Source: a virus (taxonomy: Duplodnaviria > Caudoviricetes). Taken from it: DNA of 29,606 bases. The stretch lies in IMG/VR virus record IMGVR_UViG_3300034130_000053, positions 1 through 29,606 of that record. One strand, 5' to 3'. Within the stretch, counting starts at the first letter, position 1; each line of letters opens with the position of its first letter. Positions 1-9,512 of this stretch are shown piece by piece. A program made the translations under genes and the position numbers. The notes below the pieces were generated by a model. The model saw nothing but the letters and a program-made list of their open reading frames with translations. It was not told the origin of the DNA and searched no databases.

Positions 1-424
1 CACTGTATAAGGTGTAGCCTAACATTGCTTCATTCCAATTAAGATTGGTTTTATCTTGAGTAACTGTAAACGTTTGGGTGCCGTCTATCGATTGTACTTG
101 AGCACCGATCGGTACTAAGCCTATATTATTTGGACTAGCCCGTGAGAATGTAACATTACCTGTTGCATATGTTGGTGCAAGCCGTAAAAACCCGAAATCA
201 ATACCGAAACTATCGACATCAGATCCAATTGAAGTAGCAAGCCGAGTAACAGCCAACAAATTAACTGCAATATTTTCTAATGTGATCAAATTATGTGCAC
301 TGGCTTCAGCAAACGCGAGTGCTACCGAATTCTCCGTGGTATCAGTGAGATTTGGATTAACTGATTGCATTGCTACAATGAAATTCTGTACAGCAGTGGA
401 GAAATCGATGACTGGCAATAACAT
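1..424 (-). CDS. Baseplate J/gp47-like wedge protein (N-terminal part, runs off window edge)
   Basis: Not in the ORF track. Read manually from ATG 424 with GGAA upstream: MLLPVIDFSTAVQNF...TRLATSIGSDVDSFGIDFGFLRLAPTYATGNVTFSR..., open to position 1. The 'LD..G..FG..R..A..ATG.VTF.R' pattern is typical of baseplate J, and it follows the gp25-like gene. Confidence 0.85.
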   Translation of the reverse strand, partial: MLLPVIDFSTAVQNFIVAMQSVNPNLTDTTENSVALAFAEASAHNLITLENIAVNLLAVTRLATSIGSDVDSFGIDFGFLRLAPTYATGNVTFSRASPNNIGLVPIGAQVQSIDGTQTFTVTQDKTNLNWNEAMLGYTLYS

Positions 425-433
425 TTGATATTC

Positions 434-793
434 CTAAATATATGGAACTGATAACACCGAAGTTATTCCAGATATATCTGTGTAAATTATTTGAACAATA
501 ACTGTTGTATCGGCTAATAGTGCTGGCGTAACTGTTATTGGACTTGATTGATCGACATATGATTCCTTCAACATTTGCCCCATAATCACTGCTTGAATGC
601 GTTGCAAATCAACTGGCATGAATATGTTCTGTCGTACACCAGCACCACGATCTAAATGATTGATATCATCGCCTGGATTGGTCAATAGATCTCTGAGGAC
701 CTTTTCTTGGCCTAAAGCGGTATTTGACGATAATGCGATATCACCTGTAATCGATAAGGTTAAATCTTCGCCATAGAGATGTTGGATATCCAT
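434..793 (-). CDS. Baseplate wedge / sheath-initiator protein (gp25/gpW-like)
   Basis: 119 aa between spike and baseplate J; 'LLTNPGD...H...GAG' motif typical of the gp25/W family. Confidence 0.75.
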   Translation of the reverse strand: MDIQHLYGEDLTLSITGDIALSSNTALGQEKVLRDLLTNPGDDINHLDRGAGVRQNIFMPVDLQRIQAVIMGQMLKESYVDQSSPITVTPALLADTTVIVQIIYTDISGITSVLSVPYI

Positions 794-806
794 GTTCGTA
801 TTTACA

Positions 807-1418
807 TTAAATTTGATCGTTGAGGCTAGTTGTGCCGGTTAATCCATTTCCTGTTGAAACCCCGCTATGTTGATGTCCGTCATAATTCGCTCGCAGTCGT
901 TCCAAAGATCCATGTTTATCACTGACATCTTGTTGGCCTATAATATTACCACTAACTGTCAGAATTCCATCGATATTGATATTAATCGCTTTGATATAGA
1001 TACTGCCATCTGATGCAAGACGGATAGTAGCACCATTCTTATTGACGAGAACTATCTCACCTTGTTGTGGAACTTGATTGGATCCAGCAATTGTATTGGG
1101 GGCTGATCCCATTGGGGTTTTGGTATTATGTTTGGTGCCAATTACAATGCCTGAATTATGATCACCTTGTAAATGTTCAACAATTACTTCGTCACCCATA
1201 TTAGGTGGCGACCATATTCCCCAGCCATTCGATGCTGCATGACTGGCAACAGGTAACCAACCACTCAATGTTCCATCTGGTTGCCATTGCACTTTAACGC
1301 AATTTGTGGCAGGATCGTAACTTGTAACTAATCCAGGTCGTAATGTTGGCCGTTGATTGATCACATCGATCATCCGTAAGGTAACTTGATCGATTATATC
1401 GTCGAATGAAAAATTCAT
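807..1418 (-). CDS. Baseplate spike protein (gpV/gp45-like)
   Basis: N-terminal OB-fold pattern (G.VTSYDP...VKV...SGWLP...P..GDEV.V), beta-helix-like middle, and C-terminal HxH iron-binding motif (GHQHSGV). Confidence 0.9.
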   Translation of the reverse strand: MNFSFDDIIDQVTLRMIDVINQRPTLRPGLVTSYDPATNCVKVQWQPDGTLSGWLPVASHAASNGWGIWSPPNMGDEVIVEHLQGDHNSGIVIGTKHNTKTPMGSAPNTIAGSNQVPQQGEIVLVNKNGATIRLASDGSIYIKAININIDGILTVSGNIIGQQDVSDKHGSLERLRANYDGHQHSGVSTGNGLTGTTSLNDQI

Positions 1419-2554
1419 CCGCTAACTGCACTTTCACCGGCTGAGGTATCCACAGAGTGGTTCTTCGCCGAAATAAACATTTCTAAGCCACCATCGATAC
1501 TAAAGGTTCTTGTTATTTTCTGAATATAATAGTTTTGATCAAAACTCGTGCCTGAGTTAATAACTTGGACCATATTACGTGGTGTCAATATATCCGAAAC
1601 ACCGGGTTCACGCCAATTAATCACTCGTTCGTTTTTACTGATTTCTAATGCAAGTGAATTTGCTCGTCTATTCAATTGATCTTGAGTCATATTGGGTGGG
1701 GCTTGTCGGGTATAGGTCTGACTGTTCTTACCAGCAGAAGAACCATAAGTCGCAGTCATTAATTTGCCATCATTACTATTCCAACTTTGGAGAATAACTT
1801 TCACATCTTTGGCTATAGACAAATTGCGCTCAAGATCGACATCTTTAACCGTATTGCCGTAATGATATGTTTGATTCTTTCGTTGAGCTGGCTTGTGTAG
1901 ATTGATAGTCCATGGTGTTGGATCTTGGAGAATTTGTTGTTTGAAATGGATCGTATTGCCTTTAACCCAAACATCATAACCTTCTTGTTGTGCAAGATAG
2001 GTTATCAATTGCCATTCAGTCGTTGATTTGGTGAATTCACCCGTAGCATTTTGACTTTGATTATGAGCATAATATGAACCAACTTTAGTAGTTGTTGGAT
2101 CAATATCAGATGTAATACCCGGATGTCCATTAGCCAATTGGCTAACTACTTCTGAACTAGTGAGATTCTGATACGTTTCGTTAATTTTGGTATCTAGGAA
2201 TAAACTGGTTTTATCACGGCCAGACAATATTACTGTGCCCTGAAACCATTTAACATTTATTCGATCGGTTTTGCCTAATAATATTGAACGAAACGCGTCT
2301 TTATTTGACCCTGTTACAATTGATAATTGAATATCGATATCCAATTCTTCGACATCGAAAAAACTAGGACCGAATTTCGGATCATCCCATAATGAAAATT
2401 CACACTCGAATTCATCTGCTTTATAATTGTTGGTACTCGTCATTGTTGCATGGATCAACCCAGGTATCACTGTTCCATTGGTCAACACTTGTAATCGTGG
2501 ATGTTTGACGAAACTTAACGGGGTAATTGAATTGAGACTAGACAAATATGCCAC
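1415..2554 (-). CDS. Baseplate hub protein (late control D / Mu gp44-like)
   Basis: 379 aa directly upstream of the spike gene; 'LSGRD', 'W..I..LA..EG..V...G.T.HF' and 'Y.I..ITRTFS...G' patterns. Confidence 0.8.
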   Translation of the reverse strand: MAYLSSLNSITPLSFVKHPRLQVLTNGTVIPGLIHATMTSTNNYKADEFECEFSLWDDPKFGPSFFDVEELDIDIQLSIVTGSNKDAFRSILLGKTDRINVKWFQGTVILSGRDKTSLFLDTKINETYQNLTSSEVVSQLANGHPGITSDIDPTTTKVGSYYAHNQSQNATGEFTKSTTEWQLITYLAQQEGYDVWVKGNTIHFKQQILQDPTPWTINLHKPAQRKNQTYHYGNTVKDVDLERNLSIAKDVKVILQSWNSNDGKLMTATYGSSAGKNSQTYTRQAPPNMTQDQLNRRANSLALEISKNERVINWREPGVSDILTPRNMVQVINSGTSFDQNYYIQKITRTFSIDGGLEMFISAKNHSVDTSAGESAVSG

Positions 2555-2723
2555 CAGTCAAACTACTATCAACGTCAGGAATAATGATTTGACCCATGCC
2601 TAATATTTTACTGTCGATCAAGCCATTTGCTTGTGAAATATAAATCCATAAAGTTGCATCACCGAGATAGGTTGCTGCCACTCGTTGGAGTAATGTACCT
2701 TCTACAACATTGATGATTTGCAT
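2538..2723 (-). CDS. Tail protein X-like / LysM-fold baseplate protein
   Basis: 61 aa with 'L..VA..YLGDA..W..I..ANGL.D....G...I.IP' pattern and canonical position before the hub. Confidence 0.8.
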   Translation of the reverse strand: MQIINVVEGTLLQRVAATYLGDATLWIYISQANGLIDSKILGMGQIIIPDVDSSLTGGIFV

Positions 2724-2724
2724 T

Positions 2725-3594
2725 TTAATGTGACCCCTGAACTTGTAAATTAGCCTGCATAACTGTGAGATTATTACCTATTCGACTGGTGGTCGTTGCA
2801 TTACCGAATGCCTTGGTTAAGGTGCTAATAGCTGAGATTGCACTGCCACTACTTGTAATGGATGTGGCAATTTGTGTGATACCACCAATACTACCATTTG
2901 CCACAAGATTTAAGCCACCAACTATATTATTGGCGCTACCCACAGCCCCTAATATGCCCAATGCCCCTTTGCTACCCCCTGTGAGGTTTACCGCTTGTTG
3001 CACTAATGGGGTTATATTGCCAAGGACTGTTTGAACATTGGATAGAGCCGCTGGAATATCAACACCAAGAGCATTACTGAGACTATTGGTAATAGCACCA
3101 AGAAGTGAAGTTTTGGGTTTCGGTGGTGTTGATGGAATTACAAGACATTCCACGGTAAAATTGGTCATACCACCTTTAGCAGTATATTTGATATTTTTTA
3201 CAAACACGTCTCTATATTGATCTTGCCAAATCAATGGAACAATCACACCTTGAGTTCGGATTTGTTCTAATGCCGCACGTCGGGTTTGTTGATTGGAACC
3301 AAGGAAAATGCCACTGAATGATATATCGGTCGGATCAGGTCCGAGATCATCTATTTGTTTAGTACCACCCGGCATTTTATGTTCAACAATCTGATTTTGT
3401 GTGGTATATTCAATATTTTCTGGCACTTCGAAGTCAACGAATTTGAATTTACCCAAACTTAATACAGGTGGACCTGATAACAAATCAGACAAACTAGTCG
3501 TTGCATCTGCAAAACTTTGAAGTGAATTTACGTTGGCGAATTGATTACCAACCGATTGTATTCCACCAAAGTAATCTCCTATTGATCCACTCAT
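2725..3594 (-). CDS. Tail tube initiator / gpU-Mu gpN-like protein
   Basis: Follows the tape measure gene; 'FEVPE.I......H..PGG....D.LG.DP.DISFSG.F' pattern. Confidence 0.7.
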   Translation of the reverse strand: MSGSIGDYFGGIQSVGNQFANVNSLQSFADATTSLSDLLSGPPVLSLGKFKFVDFEVPENIEYTTQNQIVEHKMPGGTKQIDDLGPDPTDISFSGIFLGSNQQTRRAALEQIRTQGVIVPLIWQDQYRDVFVKNIKYTAKGGMTNFTVECLVIPSTPPKPKTSLLGAITNSLSNALGVDIPAALSNVQTVLGNITPLVQQAVNLTGGSKGALGILGAVGSANNIVGGLNLVANGSIGGITQIATSITSSGSAISAISTLTKAFGNATTTSRIGNNLTVMQANLQVQGSH

Positions 3595-3603
3595 ATTTTA
3601 TTC

Positions 3604-5490
3604 CTATGCCGTTACAAACCAAGGGGTCGGACCTAAACCACGATTACCCGGTGAGGATGGTCCACTTGCTGGACTGGTTGTTGAGCGATAATTGTAATAA
3701 TTGGTATTAGAGGCAATTTGTTTGCCATCTAATATAAGATTACTAGTCAATTGAATTGGTGTTTTAGTTGATGGTGGTGGTGTAATCCAACTCGATTTAT
3801 GGGCTAATGCTGGACCTTTAAATTCGGCATCACCTGGCATCGGTAAATTACCCGGTAACGTATGTTGTGGACCCATACTTCGTGGATCAACAGGTAGGGC
3901 ATTTTTCTGTGGACCACCAGTAGCTGGTTTCGGAAATAATTTATCCATATAATCGGAAAAAGTCACTGCTAATACCCCACCAGCAACCCATGGTGCTAAT
4001 GCAGCACTGAATGCAATGATACCGGTCGTCAATACGGTTAACCCGGTCGCTATACCAGTAAAAGTACTAAGGACCACACCAGCGACAATGAATCCACCCA
4101 ATCCTATAGCCAAGGCACTTAAGCCAGCTGCGACATTGAACAACATTTGTTGTTTTTCGGGTGGCATATTATTAATCCACTCGTTTAATTCATTCAACCA
4201 TTTGGTGAATTGTTGTAACCAAGGAATGGCCAATTTGATACCGGGTCCACCCAATGCAGTCATGAAATTATCCCACGCCTTATGGAAATTCTCTATATTA
4301 GCAGTAAGACTTTTATCGTTCTGTTCTTTGGCAATGTCTTCTACACCAGGGGTTCGACCGAAACGGATACGCTCATTATTGAGAACTGCCCAGTTGGCGT
4401 CAATCTCACTCATCATTCTGGCAGTAGTTGCTCTCGATGCTATTTGGAAAATATCTTGGATTACTTTCGTAACGGCTGTGTCATCTACAACACCGGTCTT
4501 TTTATTGCGATATTTGTTGCGCAATGCCTCCATCTTCTCGTGCATCCATTCAATAGGATGAGTAGCCATCCTTTCTTGATCAGGCACGGCGTCTTTATCC
4601 ATGATAATCTTACCACCCCTGCCGACACTCCATTTGCCAGGTGTCAACATATGGGCTTGTTCCATTGCTACTGCTGTTCGTTTGCCAGCTACAATATGAC
4701 CAACAAATTGTGAGAATGTTGACATCATAGCAGTGCCAGCTTTACTTGCGCCTAACGCATTCATAATAGCTGGCGCTAATCCCCACATTTCTTCGGTACT
4801 CATATTGCGTGCGGCAGGACCAGCTTGACTGACAAATGCCAATATTTTTTGTGGATCGATTAAACCTTCAGATGACACAATAGCTCGCACCATACTGTCA
4901 AATTCCTTATGGAATTCTTCAGGATTTACCTTGCCATCTTTTTGGATATGACCACGTAATTCTAATGCTTTGACGGCAATTTGTGCGAGGTCTTGTTGTT
5001 TGTCAGTATAACGACTTACTGCAATGGATCCTTGAGCTACTTCCTTCTGGACTTGTTCGACTTCTTTCATATCACCGAACACGCCATATAATTCACGTTT
5101 TTGTTTTACAATTTCATCTACAGCACTACCTGGCACCTGTCTGGCCAAGGCAAAAGCGTTCTTCTTTTCAACTTCCATTTCAGCATCAGTATAACGCCGT
5201 AATTCACCGGTCTTTTCATCTTTCTTCAATGCACCAATTTGGAGACGAACTAAGGCATCATTCAATTTCTCGGCTTTTTTGGTGGCATCAACAAGGAATT
5301 CAGCACCAGCAAATCCAATAGTACCGATTGCTGCACCAGCCAATAATGCAGCCATTCTTACTGTACCCAATCTATTAGCCAACGTATGCGCTTGATTATT
5401 GAGGCCAGTAAAATGTGCAGCTATAGCGCCTAATACCTGAGCGGCATTGCTGCTCATTGCGATATGCACGGCAATCCGCATAATGTCCAT
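3604..5490 (-). CDS. Tail tape measure protein
   Basis: Ala/Gly-rich helical protein of ~628 aa with hydrophobic segments, in canonical position. Start moved to ATG 5490, which forms a TAATG overlap with the upstream stop. Confidence 0.85.
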   Translation of the reverse strand: MDIMRIAVHIAMSSNAAQVLGAIAAHFTGLNNQAHTLANRLGTVRMAALLAGAAIGTIGFAGAEFLVDATKKAEKLNDALVRLQIGALKKDEKTGELRRYTDAEMEVEKKNAFALARQVPGSAVDEIVKQKRELYGVFGDMKEVEQVQKEVAQGSIAVSRYTDKQQDLAQIAVKALELRGHIQKDGKVNPEEFHKEFDSMVRAIVSSEGLIDPQKILAFVSQAGPAARNMSTEEMWGLAPAIMNALGASKAGTAMMSTFSQFVGHIVAGKRTAVAMEQAHMLTPGKWSVGRGGKIIMDKDAVPDQERMATHPIEWMHEKMEALRNKYRNKKTGVVDDTAVTKVIQDIFQIASRATTARMMSEIDANWAVLNNERIRFGRTPGVEDIAKEQNDKSLTANIENFHKAWDNFMTALGGPGIKLAIPWLQQFTKWLNELNEWINNMPPEKQQMLFNVAAGLSALAIGLGGFIVAGVVLSTFTGIATGLTVLTTGIIAFSAALAPWVAGGVLAVTFSDYMDKLFPKPATGGPQKNALPVDPRSMGPQHTLPGNLPMPGDAEFKGPALAHKSSWITPPPSTKTPIQLTSNLILDGKQIASNTNYYNYRSTTSPASGPSSPGNRGLGPTPWFVTA

Positions 5491-5933
5491 TAATAATTCT
5501 TTCCTAAAATACACACAACTGTTGAGCGGCCTAATTCATCTTTAATCAATTCAATATTATTGAAAACACTTCGTGCTAAAAATGATCTCGGTGGAATCTT
5601 CACAGTACCTAATTCCTGATATTCAGCTATCGGATCATCACTTCCTATTGCTAAATCATTTCCATCTATCATATATTTGATCGAGTCGCGCAATTCGCCC
5701 GTACGTAACAATGGACTTGGGGTTGGAAAACCTTTGGCTTCTTTATCGGCTATAGTTGCATCAGCTAACGGTGCCCATTCTGGCTGATAATCATTACTCG
5801 GTTGATATTCACCGAGATAACTTTTACTATCTTTAACCAATTTAATGCCGATATGATCCAATGCCTTATGATTATATTCATGCATCGCCGCGATTGCAGC
5901 AGTAAATCTGACAGCAGCACCAAGAAAATTCAT
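5490..5933 (-). CDS. HK97 gp10-like / virion morphogenesis (tail completion) protein
   Basis: 'W.PLA..TI..K......PLLRTGELRDSI.......IGS...A.YQE.GT..IPPRSFL' signature. Confidence 0.85.
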   Translation of the reverse strand: MNFLGAAVRFTAAIAAMHEYNHKALDHIGIKLVKDSKSYLGEYQPSNDYQPEWAPLADATIADKEAKGFPTPSPLLRTGELRDSIKYMIDGNDLAIGSDDPIAEYQELGTVKIPPRSFLARSVFNNIELIKDELGRSTVVCILGKNY

Positions 5934-6124
5934 TTACTTTTCCATCTCATAAGAGCCCAATCAAATTCATTACCTTCTAATTCACCGGCTATAATTGCAT
6001 ACGCATTAATTTCGAAATTATCCAACATAACATGTTCGGATTCAGGAATACCAAATGCAATTTTAAATGGCACACCATTTTTACAAAGTCCCACGGCGCA
6101 TCTGAACTCCGGGGACTTGGCTAG
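5930..6124 (-). CDS. Tail assembly chaperone, -1 frameshift extension (gpGT-like; 64 aa added to the 133-aa chaperone)
   Basis: The -1 frame after A AAA AAC (6130-6124) is open: LAKSPEFRCAVGLCKNGVPFKIAF...GELEGNEFDWALMRWKSK*. It fills the whole gap and ends in an ATGA overlap with the next gene. Confidence 0.85.
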   Translation of the reverse strand, partial: LAKSPEFRCAVGLCKNGVPFKIAFGIPESEHVMLDNFEINAYAIIAGELEGNEFDWALMRWKSK

Positions 6125-6130
6125 TTTTTT
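6086..6130 (-). promoter_or_regulatory. Programmed -1 ribosomal frameshift signal (slippery heptamer plus downstream hairpin)
   Basis: A-AAA-AAC at 6130-6124, 5-nt spacer, then stem AAGUCCC-CGG...CCG-U-GGGACUU (6118-6086). Confidence 0.85.
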
Positions 6131-6522
6131 AGTTGTTCTTTTGGATCAATTTCAGCTTCAACATCAATAATTTCACCGTCTTCATCTAATTTGACATCAG
6201 GTACCAATATCTTCATCAATGCAGTGGCACCATCATCACCTACCATACCGATTCTTCCATCGATTTCATTTATGTTTTTAGGAAATGGCAATGGAGCATT
6301 ATCAATGGATCTAATTGAAGCAACCAGACTGGCCAATGAATAGAATGATGAATTGCTAGCATGTTCGCCACATGCTCGCATCAATCTAGCACTTTCTAAT
6401 AATGATAATTTTCGATAAACTAATGTTCGACCGGTCGCATCGACAACCGTCTGATCATCAGATGTTATAATTGCCGCTTTTGGTTTCTTAACTATAGTTT
6501 CGGCTGTTGGCCTTAAAGCCAT
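6121..6522 (-). CDS. Tail assembly chaperone (gpG-like)
   Basis: 133 aa right after the tail tube gene, AGGAG RBS, ends on a slippery heptamer. Confidence 0.85.
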   Translation of the reverse strand: MALRPTAETIVKKPKAAIITSDDQTVVDATGRTLVYRKLSLLESARLMRACGEHASNSSFYSLASLVASIRSIDNAPLPFPKNINEIDGRIGMVGDDGATALMKILVPDVKLDEDGEIIDVEAEIDPKEQLKN

Positions 6523-6562
6523 AAAAAATCTCCTGTAAATAATCCATATTTAACAGGAGATT
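6523..6562 (-). promoter_or_regulatory. RBS-sequestering hairpin/terminator with an embedded TAAATA late-promoter core
   Basis: Minus strand reads AATCTCCTGT-TAAATA-TGGAT-TATTT-ACAGGAGATT-TTTT-ATG. The 3' arm contains the AGGAG RBS; TAAATA is at 6552-6547. Confidence 0.7.
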
Positions 6563-6567
6563 AAAGT

Positions 6568-7011
6568 TTAGATAGCGATGCGGCGATTAGCTACACCTTC
6601 TATCTTCCATTTGACTTCTTTATCACCAGCCCAAGATCCAGATTCCGTGTATTTGAATGCGACATTGGTATATTGGAAACTGCTGGTCGATCCATTGGGT
6701 TCAGTGATATACACATAAACACTTGACGTGTTATAGGTGCCATTCTGATACCATTGAGTCTCGAGATTGGCGAAGAAGTTATCCAAACTAGGTCCAGCTC
6801 TTACCCCTTCTATATCCACTGTCCAGCCTTTCGGCAATTCAGCATTCATTTGGGTTGAATCTAATTTATCGACTTTGATATTGGCTGTAACTTGTTTGGC
6901 ATCATGACCGGTGATATTATCCAGGGTAATTGGCTGACCATTTTGGTCTAAGGCAATTACTTGGATATCACGACCCACATTGAAAAAATTGTTTCCCGAT
7001 TGAGCAGGCAT
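6568..7011 (-). CDS. Tail tube protein
   Basis: 147 aa, beta-rich, directly after the sheath gene; AGGAG RBS. Confidence 0.8.
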   Translation of the reverse strand: MPAQSGNNFFNVGRDIQVIALDQNGQPITLDNITGHDAKQVTANIKVDKLDSTQMNAELPKGWTVDIEGVRAGPSLDNFFANLETQWYQNGTYNTSSVYVYITEPNGSTSSFQYTNVAFKYTESGSWAGDKEVKWKIEGVANRRIAI

Positions 7012-7053
7012 ACTAAACTCCTAAATTTCGGGTTTGTTACCCGCTGTTCTTAT

Positions 7054-8610
7054 TTACGCCGTTGTTGTAAGACTAATACCACTATTCGTTGCAAGAACTA
7101 CCGTTGTTCCACCTTGAACGTTGATAATAAATTTCTCATTAATCGCCTGATATACCACGGCAATATCAGCTTGCACATAACCAAGACTAGTTCTGGATTG
7201 TGGATTATTGCTATTGTCACACACTACAGTGAATGGCATCGATCCATCCGGTTGTAAACTTAATAGGTTTTGGCCAAGCAAATTACTGAGGAAATTAACC
7301 AACGTAGCTTTGATATTCTTGAACAATGCCGGCGTTACAACTTGAAATACATATTGACCCATACCAGCATTCAACGTACTGGCAATATAGTTAGTCATTC
7401 GGCTGTAATTCACGCCATTGATACTAGCATTACTGGAGGCGTTATGGCCAACTCGTGCAGCCCAAATAAAGCCAACTGGACTCGGTGTAGTAACAACCTC
7501 AAGACGTGCACCAATAATTGCGGTCAATTCCGCAGTGCTATAATAATTCAATTGTTGAGTACCCGGTGTACCCAATCTTTGTGAACCAACAATACCGAAT
7601 AATTGCTTGCCACCAGGACTTTGATTCGGTGCAAGATTTGCTACACGTGCAGCCATAAATGCTGATGGATTGACCAATCGTGTAACTTTGGTTACTGGAT
7701 CTGCCCAATAGAGATAATCACCAAATAACGGATAACTTGTCCAACTATCAACAGCAGCGGAACTGGTCATCGTCAATGCATTACTGACATTACCTGACAT
7801 CGGATAGGCATATATCGCAATCATCGCTTCGGTCTGCACAAATCCATCGATTGTCGTAAAATCCGATGCATTATCATCATCAACTACCACGAGAACACTA
7901 CATCCTTGTGCTCTGAGCGAATACATACCAGTTTTCGGAAAACCATCAACACCAATCAATGGAATTGCATTGGTTAATGTCGCACCGTCTGTTCCACCAG
8001 CCAACGTATAGGTGCCAGCACCTGGGGCAGTTATTCCAACCCCTGCCGTCGACAACACATAATTTGATGGACCTCTGAATGTATTGCCGTTATTAATAAC
8101 ATTGGCTTCGTTTATCCAATATGAATTGCCTGATCCGACGATATTATCAAATACTTCTGGTACTTGACCTGGTATACCGATAACCAATTTCCAACTATTT
8201 GCCTGAGTGCCTACAGAACGAGTAACAGTAACAAGATTGCCAAGAGAACCAGTGTAAAGAGCAGCATAGCTAATGCAAGTCGCAACACCAGTCGCTGTTG
8301 CCGACGCATCTGTTCCATCCGTGACTCTGACCATTCTTGCATCAGCAGCACCGTTCTGTGTCATAATTGCGAAATAGGTGCCAGCGTCATATTTGCGAGC
8401 AACCAATGGCCCGAAAGAGCTGACATATTGTGCGTAATTACCAACTACTGTTGGTGTATTTTTTGGTCCCCAGGTTGCAGTTCCAACTACACCGACACGA
8501 TTACTTGGCACACCGTTAAGGCTAAGCAATGCGGGTGGCACAATCTGGACATAAAGATCAGGAACAACGAGGGCCGTTGTATTAAGAGAGCCAGCTAATG
8601 AAATCGGCAT
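7054..8610 (-). CDS. Contractile tail sheath protein
   Basis: 'PDLYVQIV', 'GVVGTATWGP.NTP', 'VRVTDGTD', 'LAGGTDG' and C-terminal 'CD.SNNP......G...AD......I.EKFIIN' motifs. Confidence 0.93.
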   Translation of the reverse strand: MPISLAGSLNTTALVVPDLYVQIVPPALLSLNGVPSNRVGVVGTATWGPKNTPTVVGNYAQYVSSFGPLVARKYDAGTYFAIMTQNGAADARMVRVTDGTDASATATGVATCISYAALYTGSLGNLVTVTRSVGTQANSWKLVIGIPGQVPEVFDNIVGSGNSYWINEANVINNGNTFRGPSNYVLSTAGVGITAPGAGTYTLAGGTDGATLTNAIPLIGVDGFPKTGMYSLRAQGCSVLVVVDDDNASDFTTIDGFVQTEAMIAIYAYPMSGNVSNALTMTSSAAVDSWTSYPLFGDYLYWADPVTKVTRLVNPSAFMAARVANLAPNQSPGGKQLFGIVGSQRLGTPGTQQLNYYSTAELTAIIGARLEVVTTPSPVGFIWAARVGHNASSNASINGVNYSRMTNYIASTLNAGMGQYVFQVVTPALFKNIKATLVNFLSNLLGQNLLSLQPDGSMPFTVVCDNSNNPQSRTSLGYVQADIAVVYQAINEKFIINVQGGTTVVLATNSGISLTTTA

Positions 8611-8676
8611 AGGTTATATCCTTTAATATTGGAAAATCTTTAATATAATCATATTAAAGGTATCATTATTTAACTT

Positions 8677-9510
8677 TTAGGTTTGTCCGTATAAAGCAGT
8701 TTGTTGGATAAGTCCACCAATAAACAATACGGGTGGAAATGTTTCGAACAATGCAGATTGATATTCTAGTTCATAACGATCTGTTCTACGCCATAATAAT
8801 GTATTTTCAGGCACATCATCATAATGTGTATTCATATATTTTGGTTTACTCGTAGCCAATCCATCAGCCAATTGGAGAACTCGTAATGCATCAACCCCTT
8901 GTTTAATTGCAGAACCAAATACATTCCTGAGGAATGGATTAGGTGCGAACAGATTAATTGAAATTACCTGACATTGTCTGTCGAGATATTGGAACATTGT
9001 TGAATCTGTTCCTTGTTCATAATAATGTTCGGTATCAAATAACATAGGAGAAGGCAACGTGAGAACATTGGCATTTACCATCGATCCATTGATCAAAAGG
9101 CTTAATCGTTGTAATGCACTATTCAATGTATCAATATTAGATAGACGCACACTAAAGCCATGTCGATTGATAGCAATACCAAATACTTGGCCACTCGTTG
9201 GCGTTCCTGACATAGTTAAGGTATTACCTGATGTCGTGCCTTGAATTGTTTGTGGGGTAATTGAGAATAATTGCCACTTATATTGGAATGGTGATTCGAT
9301 TCGAACTATGTCTGTTGGATAAACGGATATATTGGTCACACCATTAAGCAGATCTTTATCCAAATCGGATGATGATGGCCAACCATTTGCTATCCTTACT
9401 GGATTACCATTATCAGCAGTCACCACATTACCTTGAATGTATGGACCTGTAATCAATACAGTCGCGATTGCTTGGGTTAATGCAGAAAGGACATCACTCA
9501 GATCAGACAT
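8677..9510 (-). CDS. Tail/sheath terminator (neck) protein
   Basis: 277 aa immediately upstream of the sheath gene; position-based call with a 'GWP....LD.DL..G...ISVYP' pattern. Confidence 0.6.
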   Translation of the reverse strand: MSDLSDVLSALTQAIATVLITGPYIQGNVVTADNGNPVRIANGWPSSSDLDKDLLNGVTNISVYPTDIVRIESPFQYKWQLFSITPQTIQGTTSGNTLTMSGTPTSGQVFGIAINRHGFSVRLSNIDTLNSALQRLSLLINGSMVNANVLTLPSPMLFDTEHYYEQGTDSTMFQYLDRQCQVISINLFAPNPFLRNVFGSAIKQGVDALRVLQLADGLATSKPKYMNTHYDDVPENTLLWRRTDRYELEYQSALFETFPPVLFIGGLIQQTALYGQT

Positions 9511-9512
9511 GA

